DNA from: Candidatus Scalindua sp.
GTDB lineage: Bacteria > Planctomycetota > Brocadiia > Brocadiales > Scalinduaceae
Direction: 5' to 3'
Length of the DNA stretch: 32,000 nt
Assembly (NCBI GenBank): GCA_031316235.1
Contig: JALDRA010000001.1
Span: forward strand, 2,310,001-2,342,000
Shown in pieces: positions 18,531 through 30,064 of this stretch. How positions within the stretch are numbered: the stretch's first letter is position 1; the number at the start of each line of letters is the position of its first letter. A program made the translations under genes and the position numbers. The notes under the pieces are model-generated. The model was given only the letters and a program-made list of their open reading frames with translations. It made no database searches and was not told the origin of the DNA.

Positions 18531-18614
18531 GGTTTTGTTCTCCTTTGATCTGCGATAAGCTTCTCAATACTCTATTACCGGGCATTAGTATAAGCAAACA
18601 AAATTATCACCCCT

Positions 18615-18920
18615 TGTCAAGCCAAAAGAGAAATGTCCTGTTTTTTTCACCATATGCGGGGTAAGCCACAGGATTTCAATCAGGGACTAATGAGCAGGAA
18701 CATCGAAGTGAGCGGGTGCAAAATGAGGCCACCCTGATCTGTTGACAAAGGAAAAAAGAGAGAAATGATTGCCGACGGGAAAGGCATTTTGCAGTGGATA
18801 CAGGATAAACGGGAGACAGAACACGGAGCAGAAACCGGATATGACATCCATACATCCATCAAAGAGTGAAGCAGTGGTGTTTTGGAAGAAAAAACCGGAA
18901 ATTACTCTTTTGGCTTGACA
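18615..18920. repeat. Perfect 16-bp inverted repeat pair bracketing a 274-bp spacer
   Basis: TGTCAAGCCAAAAGAG (18615-18630) is the exact reverse complement of CTCTTTTGGCTTGACA (18905-18920). Each arm presents GGCTTGACA reading outward toward the flanking divergent genes. Confidence 0.85.
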
Positions 18921-19004
18921 GTGAGGAAAAAAGTGGTTGTGAAGAAATTAAGAATGATATATTATCCGGTATGAATTGCATCACGATAAAACACAAAATA
19001 ATGA

Positions 19005-19116
19005 TATACTCATCTCATAATGGTTTTCGGATACAATCCGAGATAGATTTGAGCGAGTATACCTTCACCAAGATCTGGTTTCCGGTAAAACCGAAAACCA
19101 GATCGGTTTTAGTATA
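19005..19116 (+). repeat. Full-length 112-bp modular interspersed element (A+B), copy 4
   Basis: TATACTCATCTCATAATGGTTTTCGGATACAATCCGAGATAGATTTGAGCGAGTATACCTTCACCAAGATCTGGTTTCCGGTAAAACCGAAAACCAGATCGGTTTTAGTATA. It ends 128 nt upstream of the MBL gene start. Confidence 0.95.
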
Positions 19117-19244
19117 ATTACGTGTGTGGAAATTTCACGGTAGCCCTCACTTCGACTCTTAGCCCGAAAAAGCTGTTCCTGCTGGTGCTCAGTGAGATGC
19201 AGCTCTGTGCGGATTCGAGATATCCAACTTAGGAGATTGCTTTT

Positions 19245-20636
19245 ATGAAGATTACATTTGTTGGCGCAACGAGAATTGTAACCGGATCATGCTTCCATAT
19301 TCAGACGAAAGAGGCTAATCTGCTTATTGACTGCGGCTTGTTTCAAGGCACCAGGGAAAATGAGCAGAGAAATTCGGAGCCGTTTCCGTTCAAACCGTCT
19401 GAAATAGACTGCCTCCTCTTAACTCATGCCCATCTCGACCATTCAGGACTGATCCCAAAACTGGTAAAGGAAGGTTTCCGTGGTAAAATACTTGCGACAA
19501 AAGCAACGGTCGACCTGTGCAAGGTAATGCTTCTGGATTCAGCGCATATACATGAACGCGAGGCAATCTGGACTAACAGAAAACGAATGAGGGCTGGAAA
19601 ACCTCCCATACAACCTTTATATACTGTAGATGATGCGGAAAACAGTCTGCAATATCTGGAGGGGTTTGATTACCGTGAAACCGTGGATCTGGAGAAGGGT
19701 GTTAAGGTGAGATTTCAGGATGCGGGCCATATCCTGGGATCTGCGAGTCTGGAGTTGTGGGTAAGGGAAGATGGTAAGGAAAAGAAACTCGTTTTCTCCG
19801 GAGACATCGGACAAAAGGATTTACCGATTGTAAAAGATCCGGCAATTATAGAAGAAGGAGACTATGTATTTACCGAATCTACCTACGGGAACAGAAAACA
19901 CAAAAATAGTGAAGAAACGATAAAAGAGTTTCTCAAGGCGATATCAGAATCGTTAGAAAGAGGAGGCAATGTAATCATTCCCGCCTTTGCTGTGGGAAGA
20001 ACACAGAATATCCTCTCGATATTGAAACAACTATCTAAAGAGGGAAAGCTCAATAAACTTAAGATTTTCCTGGACAGCCCTATGGCAATTCGGGCAACCA
20101 GCATAACCTTGAATCATCCGGAATGCTTTGATGAAGAAACCCTGGAACTTTTCAAAGAAGGAAAGCTTTCCGGGAGCGGACTTTCCTTAACGTTCACTGA
20201 GACAGTGGAAGAATCAAGGGAAATAAACAAAACAAAATCGGGGGCAATTATTATCTCAGCGAGTGGAATGTGTAATGCAGGAAGGGTTCGGCATCACTTA
20301 AAACACAATTTATGGCGTCCGGAGTGCAGCGTCGTATTCGTAGGATATCAGGCCCAGGGTACTTTGGGCAGAATAATTATAGATGGGGCAAAAGTGGTAA
20401 GGCTTTTTGGTGAAGAGATTGCGGTTAAAGCGAAAATCTATACCATTAGCGGGTTTTCTGCGCATGCGGACCGGGATGGACTCATAGACTGGCTCAGCAA
20501 TTTTAAAAATAAACCTGAACGTATTTTTGTCATGCATGGTGAGGAGGAGACCGCCCTGAGTTTTGCCGATACGATTAAAAAACAGTTGAACGTCGACGCC
20601 TATGCTCCATACTCCATGGAAGAGATAACGATATGA
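19245..20636 (+). CDS. MBL-fold metallo-hydrolase of the beta-CASP RNA-metabolising family (RNase J/CPSF-like)
   Basis: 463 aa. HAHLDHSG motif, DAGHILGS, ESTYG, beta-CASP region, and C-terminal SGFSAHAD...VMHGE. Confidence 0.85.
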   Translation: MKITFVGATRIVTGSCFHIQTKEANLLIDCGLFQGTRENEQRNSEPFPFKPSEIDCLLLTHAHLDHSGLIPKLVKEGFRGKILATKATVDLCKVMLLDSAHIHEREAIWTNRKRMRAGKPPIQPLYTVDDAENSLQYLEGFDYRETVDLEKGVKVRFQDAGHILGSASLELWVREDGKEKKLVFSGDIGQKDLPIVKDPAIIEEGDYVFTESTYGNRKHKNSEETIKEFLKAISESLERGGNVIIPAFAVGRTQNILSILKQLSKEGKLNKLKIFLDSPMAIRATSITLNHPECFDEETLELFKEGKLSGSGLSLTFTETVEESREINKTKSGAIIISASGMCNAGRVRHHLKHNLWRPECSVVFVGYQAQGTLGRIIIDGAKVVRLFGEEIAVKAKIYTISGFSAHADRDGLIDWLSNFKNKPERIFVMHGEEETALSFADTIKKQLNVDAYAPYSMEEITI

Positions 20637-20710
20637 TTTGTAGTGCTGGCGTTAAAAATATTAACCGGGGAGGGTGTCAGATTTTATACTATAGTCTCTC
20701 TCGCTCTTTA

Positions 20711-20767
20711 TATACTCATCTTATATTGGTTTTCGGATAAAATCCGAGATAAAATTGAGCGAGTATA
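20711..20767 (+). repeat. Module A alone (57 bp) of the interspersed element
   Basis: TATACTCATCTTATATTGGTTTTCGGATAAAATCCGAGATAAAATTGAGCGAGTATA, lying between convergent genes. Possible scraps of another copy sit just upstream at 20679-20710 (CAGATTTTATACTA, CTCGCTC). Confidence 0.9.
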
Positions 20768-20791
20768 CCAGTAAAGCAGAAAAATAGAGCA

Positions 20792-22105
20792 TTAAGCAGC
20801 TTTTCCATCATTTGTTTTAAACTCTTTCAAGAGCCGCAGAAATAATAGAGGAATAAGGCTCATGAAAGAGGAAATAATTACCATCCCGGTAAAACCATGA
20901 CCTGGTTCCTGATAAACAACTTTTCCATCGACATATTGTATGATACCGAAGAAATCAAAAACTTTTCCACCTACCCATGCCCCGGTCATTGAACCGATAT
21001 TACAGAGACTCATCATGACCGCAAATACCGTACCTTCAATCCCTTTCGGGCACGCCCGAACCGCAACTCTCATCGAACAAACAAACCCGATCATGGATAC
21101 AAAAGAGCCTATGATAAAAATACAAAGCAGTAAGGTGTAGTTATAAACTGTCCAGACATAGGTCAAATTAATTCCTGCTCCGATAAGAAGTGTTATCTTG
21201 AGTATTATTCTTATATCAAATTCCTGTATATATTCCCTGTAATAGCGTAATCCCAGTAATCCGCCAAATGAGCCAGCCGCACTTACTATTCCGCGCATAA
21301 AAGGGGAATAACCAAGTATCTTTCCCATAAAATACTGCATGGCGCTCGGGCTGAATAAGGGGGCCATATTCAGGATGAATAAAAATATGGCAGCGGCACT
21401 CAAAAATTTCACTGAGCCTTCATAAGACGATTTCTTGAAAAGTTTTCCCCAGTCTTTAGTAAAATGGGCATTTTTATCTTCTTCTTTCAGAGACCATAAA
21501 GCGACAATACAGAGAGCGAGAGGGGCAAGTGACATCAGTGCAAACGTAAATTTCTCTCCACAGAAATTTATCAGGAATCCTCCTCCTATACCGCTCAGAC
21601 AAGCTCCGAAACATCTCATTTCCCACATTATGGCCTGTATAATACCCTCTTGACCGCTATCTTTTTTGCAGATATCAACACCATGCGCGTCGCAGGCAAC
21701 ATCGGTAAAACCGAATCCAAGATTGAGGCAAAACGCGGCAAATACAAACATCCAATAGGAATTAACTATGCTTCCTATTGCAACAGAGCTTGAAAAAACG
21801 ATAAAGCTGCAGATGATAATATACGGTATCCTGCGTCTTCCAAAAATCGGAAAATGGTCGGAAATAAACCCCCAGAACGGTTTAATAAACCAGGGGAACT
21901 GCATCAATATCGTCATTGATACAAGTTCTCCCATGGTTAAATTAAATTGCCTCTGCAGGTAGATCGGGAAAGCAATACCTGTTATTCCGAATACGAGTCC
22001 CTGGGCAAAGTAAGAAGCCGAGAAAATCCGGTATCGTGCTTCAAACAGCTTTTTTGTTGAATGCCAACCTAAAAAATCTTTGATTACAACAATTGACTTG
22101 ATCAT
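20792..22105 (-). CDS. MFS transporter, folate-biopterin transporter (BT1)-like
   Basis: 437 aa with about 12 hydrophobic segments. N-terminal SYFAQGL motif typical of the BT1 family. Confidence 0.7.
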   Translation of the reverse strand: MIKSIVVIKDFLGWHSTKKLFEARYRIFSASYFAQGLVFGITGIAFPIYLQRQFNLTMGELVSMTILMQFPWFIKPFWGFISDHFPIFGRRRIPYIIICSFIVFSSSVAIGSIVNSYWMFVFAAFCLNLGFGFTDVACDAHGVDICKKDSGQEGIIQAIMWEMRCFGACLSGIGGGFLINFCGEKFTFALMSLAPLALCIVALWSLKEEDKNAHFTKDWGKLFKKSSYEGSVKFLSAAAIFLFILNMAPLFSPSAMQYFMGKILGYSPFMRGIVSAAGSFGGLLGLRYYREYIQEFDIRIILKITLLIGAGINLTYVWTVYNYTLLLCIFIIGSFVSMIGFVCSMRVAVRACPKGIEGTVFAVMMSLCNIGSMTGAWVGGKVFDFFGIIQYVDGKVVYQEPGHGFTGMVIISSFMSLIPLLFLRLLKEFKTNDGKAA

Positions 22106-22577
22106 TGGTAAAGAAGAAAAAACGGTAAACTTTTATTAGCTCACCCAAATTCAAGATTAAAAATAGGTATATATGGTAGCTAAGTCAAGATAAATCAGAG
22201 AACGAATTTTCTATAATTCACATGGCAGCAGCTGCTCCTTCAGTGGTATCTTCGGATTGCACCGAAATAATGTTCCCGGGACAACATGTCCTCACTGAAT
22301 CATTACTTTTTATCGTGTCACAGTACAAGAGGCTCTTTCCTGAATTATCAACAGGCTAAATGAGTGAAGATTGGAATCAATATCAGATAGACAGACCGGT
22401 TGACATCTGGTATTATGGAGTAAAAAATTTTTTAAAATTTTTGTGTTTTCAGGAGCGTTACCTGTCAACCCGGGAAAACCCGCTGATGGTCATGAAAAAG
22501 TTTATCGGAAATGATTATCTGAATCACAACCCTGGCGATCTTTCTCCCCGCTGTAGCAGGGCAGCAACTCAGGAGCG

Positions 22578-22651
22578 CAGAGCCTGGTTGGAGTATCACT
22601 TGCCCCGTTTTTTCTCGGATAGTATCCGAAAACCATTATCAGTTGCGTATA
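22578..22651 (-). repeat. Partial interspersed element, minus orientation (module A plus first ~16 nt of B)
   Basis: The reverse complement reads TATACGCAACTGATAATGGTTTTCGGATACTATCCGAGAAAAAACGGGGCAAGTGATACTCCAACCAGGCTCTG. Confidence 0.8.
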
Positions 22652-22762
22652 TTCCGGCTTGATACGCAATTGAATTTAACTCGACACCTGTCAAGTTTTG
22701 TGTTAAGTTGAAATGCCTGTTAAAGAATGGAGGGTGGGTATAGCCAGTAGATGAAAATCAGA

Positions 22763-24753
<1,991 letters not shown>

Positions 24754-24768
24754 GGAGGAGAAACGCTG

Positions 24769-25044
24769 TTGGGAGACCTGAGCAGGAAAATTGAAAAGAA
24801 AGAGGCCAGAAAAATGAAGGCACGGGCCGATAAGGACAAAGGTGTTCTGTTCGGGCTCGGTATGTTCGGTCTTGTGGGATGGTCCGTAGCGATTCCCATG
24901 CTGCTGTTTCTCGGTATCGGGATCTGGATAGACGCCAGGTGGCCTTCAAAACACTCATGGACCCTTATGATGCTTATTATTGGAATGATTACCGGGTGTT
25001 GGAACGCGTGGTACTGGGTAAAGAAACAGAGCAGGGGAGAATGA
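24769..25044 (+). CDS. atpQ: N-ATPase accessory membrane protein AtpQ (AtpZ/AtpI-like)
   Basis: 91 aa. TTG start 8 nt after GGGAGGAG. A basic N-terminus is followed by two TM helices (GLGMFGLVGWSVAIP..., WTLMMLIIGMITG). The operon position matches. Confidence 0.75.
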   Translation: MGDLSRKIEKKEARKMKARADKDKGVLFGLGMFGLVGWSVAIPMLLFLGIGIWIDARWPSKHSWTLMMLIIGMITGCWNAWYWVKKQSRGE

Positions 25045-25068
25045 GACTGTTGATGGCATGGAGAAAAG

Positions 25069-25368
25069 ATGGGATTCGTTTTTGAAATATTTTCTTTCGT
25101 GACGCCCTTTTTGGCAGGTATCTTTGCGAGTTTATTCTATCACATCGGGCTCTGGTGGACAGTAAAAGCGCTGCCATCGTCACAAAGACCTGCTCTTCTG
25201 AGTATAGGAAGCTTTTATATCAGGATGGGAGTAACACTATTTGTTTTCTATCTTGTAATGAATAACAGCTGGCAGCGTCTTGTAGTATGCCTGCTGGGGT
25301 TTCTTGTGGTAAAGTACACAATGACGCACATGCTGAAACCGGGAGAAAATGCTTCCAGGTTTAAATAA
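25069..25368 (+). CDS. atpR: N-ATPase accessory membrane protein AtpR
   Basis: 99 aa with three hydrophobic segments. It is located between atpQ and atpB, as in described N-ATPase operons. Confidence 0.7.
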   Translation: MGFVFEIFSFVTPFLAGIFASLFYHIGLWWTVKALPSSQRPALLSIGSFYIRMGVTLFVFYLVMNNSWQRLVVCLLGFLVVKYTMTHMLKPGENASRFK

Positions 25369-25406
25369 ATGATTGTTAAGATTCATTGATTATAGAGGAT
25401 TAACTA

Positions 25407-26105
25407 TTGAAAATCAGTCCTGATTTGATCATATTCTGGCAGTGGGGAGATGTTACGTTAAACGCTACGATAGTCTTTACCTGGGTAATCATGATCTTCC
25501 TGACTATCTGTTCGTGGGTAGTAACCAGAAAACTCACCACAGAAACAAAACTCTCACGCTGGCAGAATATCCTTGAAATTCTCGTTACGTGGATCCAGGG
25601 CGAGATAGAGGCTATCAGTCACCGTGAAACATACCGGTACCTGCCGTTTGTAGGAACGCTATTTATTTTTATTGCCGCTTCAAATCTATTGGCCATTATT
25701 CCGTGGTACCAGGCGCCTACCAGTTCTTTGTCCACTACCGTAGCGCTTGCCGTTTGTGTTTTTATTGCGACCCCCCTGTTCGGTATCATGGAAGGAGGGG
25801 TGAAAGAGTATTTTCGGTCATATCTCAAACCTACATTCTTCATGCTGCCATTCAATATTATCGGAGAAATTTCACGCACACTCGCGCTTGCGGTAAGGCT
25901 TTTCGGCAACATCATGAGCGGTTCCATGATAGCGGGGATCCTGCTGTCGGTTATCCCGCTCTTTTTCCCTGTTATCATGCAGGCCTTCGGTCTGCTTACG
26001 GGACTGGTACAGGCATATATTTTTGCCGTGCTGGCAATGGTATACATTGCCTCGGCAATACAGACGCACAAGAGGAAGGATACAAAGGGTGCGGACGTTG
26101 AATGA
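25407..26105 (+). CDS. atpB: N-ATPase a subunit
   Basis: 232 aa. TTG start 7 nt after AGAGGA. The conserved stator arginine context is LAVRLFGNIMSG, with a polytopic hydrophobic profile. Confidence 0.9.
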   Translation: MKISPDLIIFWQWGDVTLNATIVFTWVIMIFLTICSWVVTRKLTTETKLSRWQNILEILVTWIQGEIEAISHRETYRYLPFVGTLFIFIAASNLLAIIPWYQAPTSSLSTTVALAVCVFIATPLFGIMEGGVKEYFRSYLKPTFFMLPFNIIGEISRTLALAVRLFGNIMSGSMIAGILLSVIPLFFPVIMQAFGLLTGLVQAYIFAVLAMVYIASAIQTHKRKDTKGADVE

Positions 26106-26119
26106 GAAGATAGACCGCG

Positions 26120-26178
26120 TATGTTCATCTTATAATGGTTTTTCGGATAATATACTGAAACCAAATCGGTTTTAGTAT
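26120..26178 (+). repeat. Miniature derivative of the interspersed element inside the atp operon (A 5' half plus palindrome of two B termini)
   Basis: TATGTTCATCTTATAATGGTTTTTCGGATA is followed by ATACTGAAACC-AAATC-GGTTTTAGTAT (11-bp stem with one G.T). It lies 14 nt after the atpB stop and 37 nt before the atpE ATG. Confidence 0.85.
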
Positions 26179-26215
26179 TTAACAATTTGATATGATATAA
26201 AGGAGGGAATCGATC

Positions 26216-26494
26216 ATGGACACGCTTGGTTTAATAGGTATCGCTTCAATTATCACTGCAGGTATTACGATAGCGATCGGTTCAATCGGGCCGGCCCTGG
26301 GTGAAGGGCGTGCGGTCTCTCAGGCCCTGCAATCCATAGCGCAGCAGCCTGATGAGGCTAACACAATAACGAGGACGCTTTTTGTGGGACTGGCAATGGT
26401 TGAGTCTACGGCGATATACTGCTTTGTCGTGTCAATGATTCTGCTCTTTGCCAATCCCTTCTGGAACCATTTTATTAAAAATGTTGGAGGATGA
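26216..26494 (+). CDS. atpE: N-ATPase c subunit (proteolipid) with a complete Na+-type ligand set
   Basis: 92-aa helical hairpin with a strong SD, AAAGGAGGG. Helix 1 has GPALGEG and helix 2 has MVESTAIY, with an AQQPDE loop. Confidence 0.95.
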   Translation: MDTLGLIGIASIITAGITIAIGSIGPALGEGRAVSQALQSIAQQPDEANTITRTLFVGLAMVESTAIYCFVVSMILLFANPFWNHFIKNVGG

Positions 26495-27271
26495 TTGGTG
26501 ATTGACTGGTTTACAGTAGGTGCACAGATTTTTAATTTTCTGATTCTTGTTTATCTGCTCAAGCGTTTTCTCTACGGACCTATAATCGCGGCAATAGATA
26601 AAAGGGAAGAGAATATCTCCGCAAGAATCAGGGAAGTAGAGCAGAAAGACATTGCTGCTGAAGAAGAGATAAATCGGTACCGGAAAAAGAATGAGGATTT
26701 TGAGTTGCAGCGCGAAGAGATGCATGCCCGGATGAAGGAGGAAGCCGAGTCTCAGAGGAAACAGCTTATCGAGAATTCCCGTCAGGAGATTGAAGAAATG
26801 AAAACCCGCTGGAATGAATCTATTTTGCAGGAGAGGGATGTGTTCCTGAGAAATCTCAGGAGGCGTGTAATTGAACAGGTTTACGCAATAACAAGACAGG
26901 CCCTTGCCGATCTGGCCGCAACTGATATCGAACACCACATGGTAGACGTTTTTATAAAGAAGATTCATGAATTTACTGAGGCAAAGAGTGGAAATATTAC
27001 CCCTGTTCTCAATGACACGGTATCTGGAATCACGATTGCCACATCCTTTGAATTGACCGTGGATCAGCAAGATTTAATAGTAAAGGCAGTCAGAGAGCTT
27101 CAGACTGACAACAAAGATATCAAATTTATTGTATCGAATGACATACTCTGCGGGATTGAACTCAGGGGAAATGGTTACGTAACCGGCTGGAACCTTGAGG
27201 ATTATCTGAAGTCACTGGAGAAAGATTTTCATAAGGCTATTGAGGCTGGCACCGGGAAGGTAAACAGTTGA
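26495..27271 (+). CDS. atpF: N-ATPase b subunit with delta/OSCP-like C-terminal extension (b-delta fusion)
   Basis: 258 aa. It has an N-terminal TM helix and a long charged coiled coil. The C-terminal IKFIVSNDILCGIELRGNGYVTGWNLEDYLKSL resembles the delta C-terminus (E. coli ...[25 protein letters not shown], from memory). The true start may be the GTG at 26498, 7 nt after GGAGG. Confidence 0.85.
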   Translation: MVIDWFTVGAQIFNFLILVYLLKRFLYGPIIAAIDKREENISARIREVEQKDIAAEEEINRYRKKNEDFELQREEMHARMKEEAESQRKQLIENSRQEIEEMKTRWNESILQERDVFLRNLRRRVIEQVYAITRQALADLAATDIEHHMVDVFIKKIHEFTEAKSGNITPVLNDTVSGITIATSFELTVDQQDLIVKAVRELQTDNKDIKFIVSNDILCGIELRGNGYVTGWNLEDYLKSLEKDFHKAIEAGTGKVNS

Positions 27272-27315
27272 AAATTTTCTGTATGAAACGGAAGTAAAAG
27301 TTTACTGAAAGCAGG

Positions 27316-28926
27316 GTGTATGGCGGGATTACCGAAAAAAGGAGTACGGAATTGAGTGACAGGAATGAGTTGAATACTGTTCTGGATGAAGTCTTTACAA
27401 CTTTTGACCGTGTTATCAAAGAACATCATTATGAACCGACCGCACATGAAACCGGCACAGTCAAATCCGTGGGCAGAGGTATTGCCCTTATAGAGGGATT
27501 GCCAGGCGTGAAGTCCGAAGAGCTGATCATATTTCCCGGAAATTTATACGGAATGGTCTTTAACCTTGACCCGGAAGAGGTCGGAGTTGTCATGCTTTCA
27601 AAGAGTGAAGGATTGCAGGCAGGCAGCACAGTGACCAGGACCGGAAGGGTAATGGATGTGCCTGTGGGGGAAGCACTTCTGGGACGTGTTGTTGACCCGA
27701 CAGCCAGGCCGCTTGATAATGCCGGCATGATTCATTCTATCGAAAGAAAACCGATAGAGCGGGAAGCACCCTCAATTATGGACCGTGAACCGGTAACCGT
27801 TCCCCTTCAGACAGGCCTCAAGGTAGTGGATGCTCTCATCCCGATCGGAAGGGGACAGAGGGAGCTTATACTCGGAGACCGGCAGACTGGAAAGACTGCT
27901 GTTGCCCTGGATACAATTATAAACCAGAAAGATAAGGACGTAGTATGCGTTTACTGTGCGATCGGCCAGCGGAGTTCTTCTGTTGCAAAGCTTATTGAAG
28001 ACCTTCACCTGCACGAAGCAATGGAATATACCATCGTTGTCACGGCATCCGGTGAAGACCCGCCTGGAATGAAATTCATTGCGCCTTATGCGGCAACCTC
28101 CATGGCTGAATATTTCATGGAAAAAGGCAGAGATGTCCTGATTGTATATGACGATTTGACCAGTCATGCGATTGCATACAGAGAACTCTCTCTGCTCCTC
28201 AGACGTCCTCCCGGAAGAGAAGCCTTTCCCGGAGATATTTTTTATATACATTCCCGTCTCCTTGAGCGTGCAACACATCTGAGAAAAGAACTTGGAGGGG
28301 GCTCATTAACGGCTCTGCCCATTGTGGCTACCGAAGCGCAAAATATTGCAGCCTACATTCCCACAAATATAATCTCTATTACGGACGGGCAGATTTATCT
28401 TTCACCCGATCTTTTTCAGAAAGGTATTTTGCCTGCTGTGGACGTCGGCAAGTCGGTATCCCGTGTGGGTGGGAAGACACAGCTTCCCGTATACCGTTCT
28501 GTTGCAGGAAATTTGAGACTCTCCTATTCTCAGTTTGAAGAGCTTGAGAAATTTGCCCGTTTCAGTACACGGCTTGACGAGCAGACCCGAAAGACGCTTG
28601 AAAGGGGCCGCCGTGTGCGTGAGGTGCTCAAGCAGGATCAGTACAAACCCTTTACCGTGACAGAGCAAATCGCGGTGCTTCTGTCCGTTACAGAAGGAGT
28701 TTTTGACAGTTTGCCGGTGGAGGTAATTGGAGAAGCTGCGCAGTCTATCAGGTCATCGGTACGAGAACAGCTGCCTGATATAAGTGAAAAAATTCATACC
28801 GGCAGTAAACTGTCCGATGAAGACAAAAAGGCGATTGTTGCAGCTGCAGGAGCAGTGATTCCAGAAGAGAAAAAAATTGACAACACGTCAGCTCCTCAAC
28901 ATCCTGCCCGAAAGTCAGATCAGTGA
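27316..28926 (+). CDS. atpA: N-ATPase alpha subunit
   Basis: Walker [17 protein letters not shown], and a conserved alpha core. The in-frame TTG at 27352, 7 nt after AAGGAG, is a more plausible start than the GTG at 27316. Confidence 0.93.
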   Translation: MYGGITEKRSTELSDRNELNTVLDEVFTTFDRVIKEHHYEPTAHETGTVKSVGRGIALIEGLPGVKSEELIIFPGNLYGMVFNLDPEEVGVVMLSKSEGLQAGSTVTRTGRVMDVPVGEALLGRVVDPTARPLDNAGMIHSIERKPIEREAPSIMDREPVTVPLQTGLKVVDALIPIGRGQRELILGDRQTGKTAVALDTIINQKDKDVVCVYCAIGQRSSSVAKLIEDLHLHEAMEYTIVVTASGEDPPGMKFIAPYAATSMAEYFMEKGRDVLIVYDDLTSHAIAYRELSLLLRRPPGREAFPGDIFYIHSRLLERATHLRKELGGGSLTALPIVATEAQNIAAYIPTNIISITDGQIYLSPDLFQKGILPAVDVGKSVSRVGGKTQLPVYRSVAGNLRLSYSQFEELEKFARFSTRLDEQTRKTLERGRRVREVLKQDQYKPFTVTEQIAVLLSVTEGVFDSLPVEVIGEAAQSIRSSVREQLPDISEKIHTGSKLSDEDKKAIVAAAGAVIPEEKKIDNTSAPQHPARKSDQ

Positions 28927-29017
28927 GTTGTAAAGCCATGATAAAGTAAAGGGTTGACCCCGGAATACGGAATAAAATTTATGGAATTTAACCGTCTCCT
29001 ACACTAAAAAAGAGAAT

Positions 29018-29905
29018 ATGCAAACCATTAAAACCATCAGGAGAAACATTAAAAGTGCGGAAGATCTTCGAGACATTGTAAAAACCATGCGGACATTGTC
29101 TGCCGTAAATATCCACCATTTTGATCAGGCTGTTGAATCTACGGGTGATTACTACCGGTCGGTTGAAATGGGATTTCAGGTGTTACTCATGGATGAAACG
29201 GTCACCGCACGGGAGCAGAAGGAAGAGAGCAAATGCGGGCTCTATGCCGTTATATTCGGCTCGGATCAGGGGCTTTGTGGAGGTTTTAATGAGCAGATTG
29301 CTGCCTATGCGCTCAAGGAGATTGGAAACGGGAAAACGGTAGAAAAGAGTACCATTGTATGCATAGGCGCGCGCGTGCTCGCGTCTGTTGAGGAGCGAAA
29401 GCAGAAAGTTGCGGAAGTCTTTCCGCTCCCGGGATCGCTTGCGGGTATAACCCCGATAGTTCAGAAGATAGTAATGTCAATTACTAATTTGCAGGCAACC
29501 GGGAAAATCAAAAGAGTCACACTCTTTTATCATAAACTGCTGTCACAGATTTCCTATGAGCCTCATTCCATGACTCTCCTTCCCATTGACCGGGAATGGA
29601 TAGAATCAATCAAACAGAAAAAATGGCCAGGCCGTACACTCCCCTCATTTACCATGGATCGAGAGGACCTTTTTTCCGCGCTTTTCCGTCAGTATATGTT
29701 TGTTTCCCTTCACCGGGCATTCGCAGAATCCATGGCATGCGAAAACGCGGCCCGTCTTCTTTCCATGCAGTCAGCCGAGAAGAATATTGAAGAGAGGCTT
29801 GAACAGCTCAACGCCATTTACCGCAGCGAACGCCAGAGTTCAATTACCAGCGAACTCCTGGATATTGTGTCAGGCTTCGAGGCATTGAGAAAAAAAGGGG
29901 AGTAG
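29018..29905 (+). CDS. atpG: N-ATPase gamma subunit
   Basis: 295 aa. N-terminal IKTIRRNIKSAEDLRDIVKTMRTLSAVN and C-terminal ITSELLDIVSG helices typical of gamma. It is the last gene of the operon. Confidence 0.9.
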   Translation: MQTIKTIRRNIKSAEDLRDIVKTMRTLSAVNIHHFDQAVESTGDYYRSVEMGFQVLLMDETVTAREQKEESKCGLYAVIFGSDQGLCGGFNEQIAAYALKEIGNGKTVEKSTIVCIGARVLASVEERKQKVAEVFPLPGSLAGITPIVQKIVMSITNLQATGKIKRVTLFYHKLLSQISYEPHSMTLLPIDREWIESIKQKKWPGRTLPSFTMDREDLFSALFRQYMFVSLHRAFAESMACENAARLLSMQSAEKNIEERLEQLNAIYRSERQSSITSELLDIVSGFEALRKKGE

Positions 29906-30064
29906 AACGTCACCTTTCACTGATCATTGATCATCTCTATTTCGTCTGATTCCTGAATCTTTTCATTGTTATGGTACTCACTTTTTTCATAATAAAAAAT
30001 CGTACTATACCAAAGCAGGCTGACTCCTTTCGCGTAATTAACACACAAGCGTAGCCGTTTACAC

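Noticed and set aside
18615-18920. Reading the GGCTTGACA arms as sigma70 -35 boxes of two divergent promoters.
   Set aside because: I found no acceptable -10 hexamer at 16-19-nt spacing downstream of either arm. I therefore report only the inverted repeat, not promoters.
22360-22662. 100-aa ORF in the MFS/atp divergent region.
   Set aside because: It has no recognisable motifs and no SD. Its last ~25 codons are repeat-element sequence (…LPRFFSDSIRKPLS). It is likely spurious.
25619-27070. Long antisense ORFs (188 aa at 25619-26185 and 212 aa at 26432-27070) opposite atpB, atpE and atpF.
   Set aside because: The sense-strand genes have unmistakable ATP synthase motifs and operon context. The antisense translations are low-complexity with no recognisable features.
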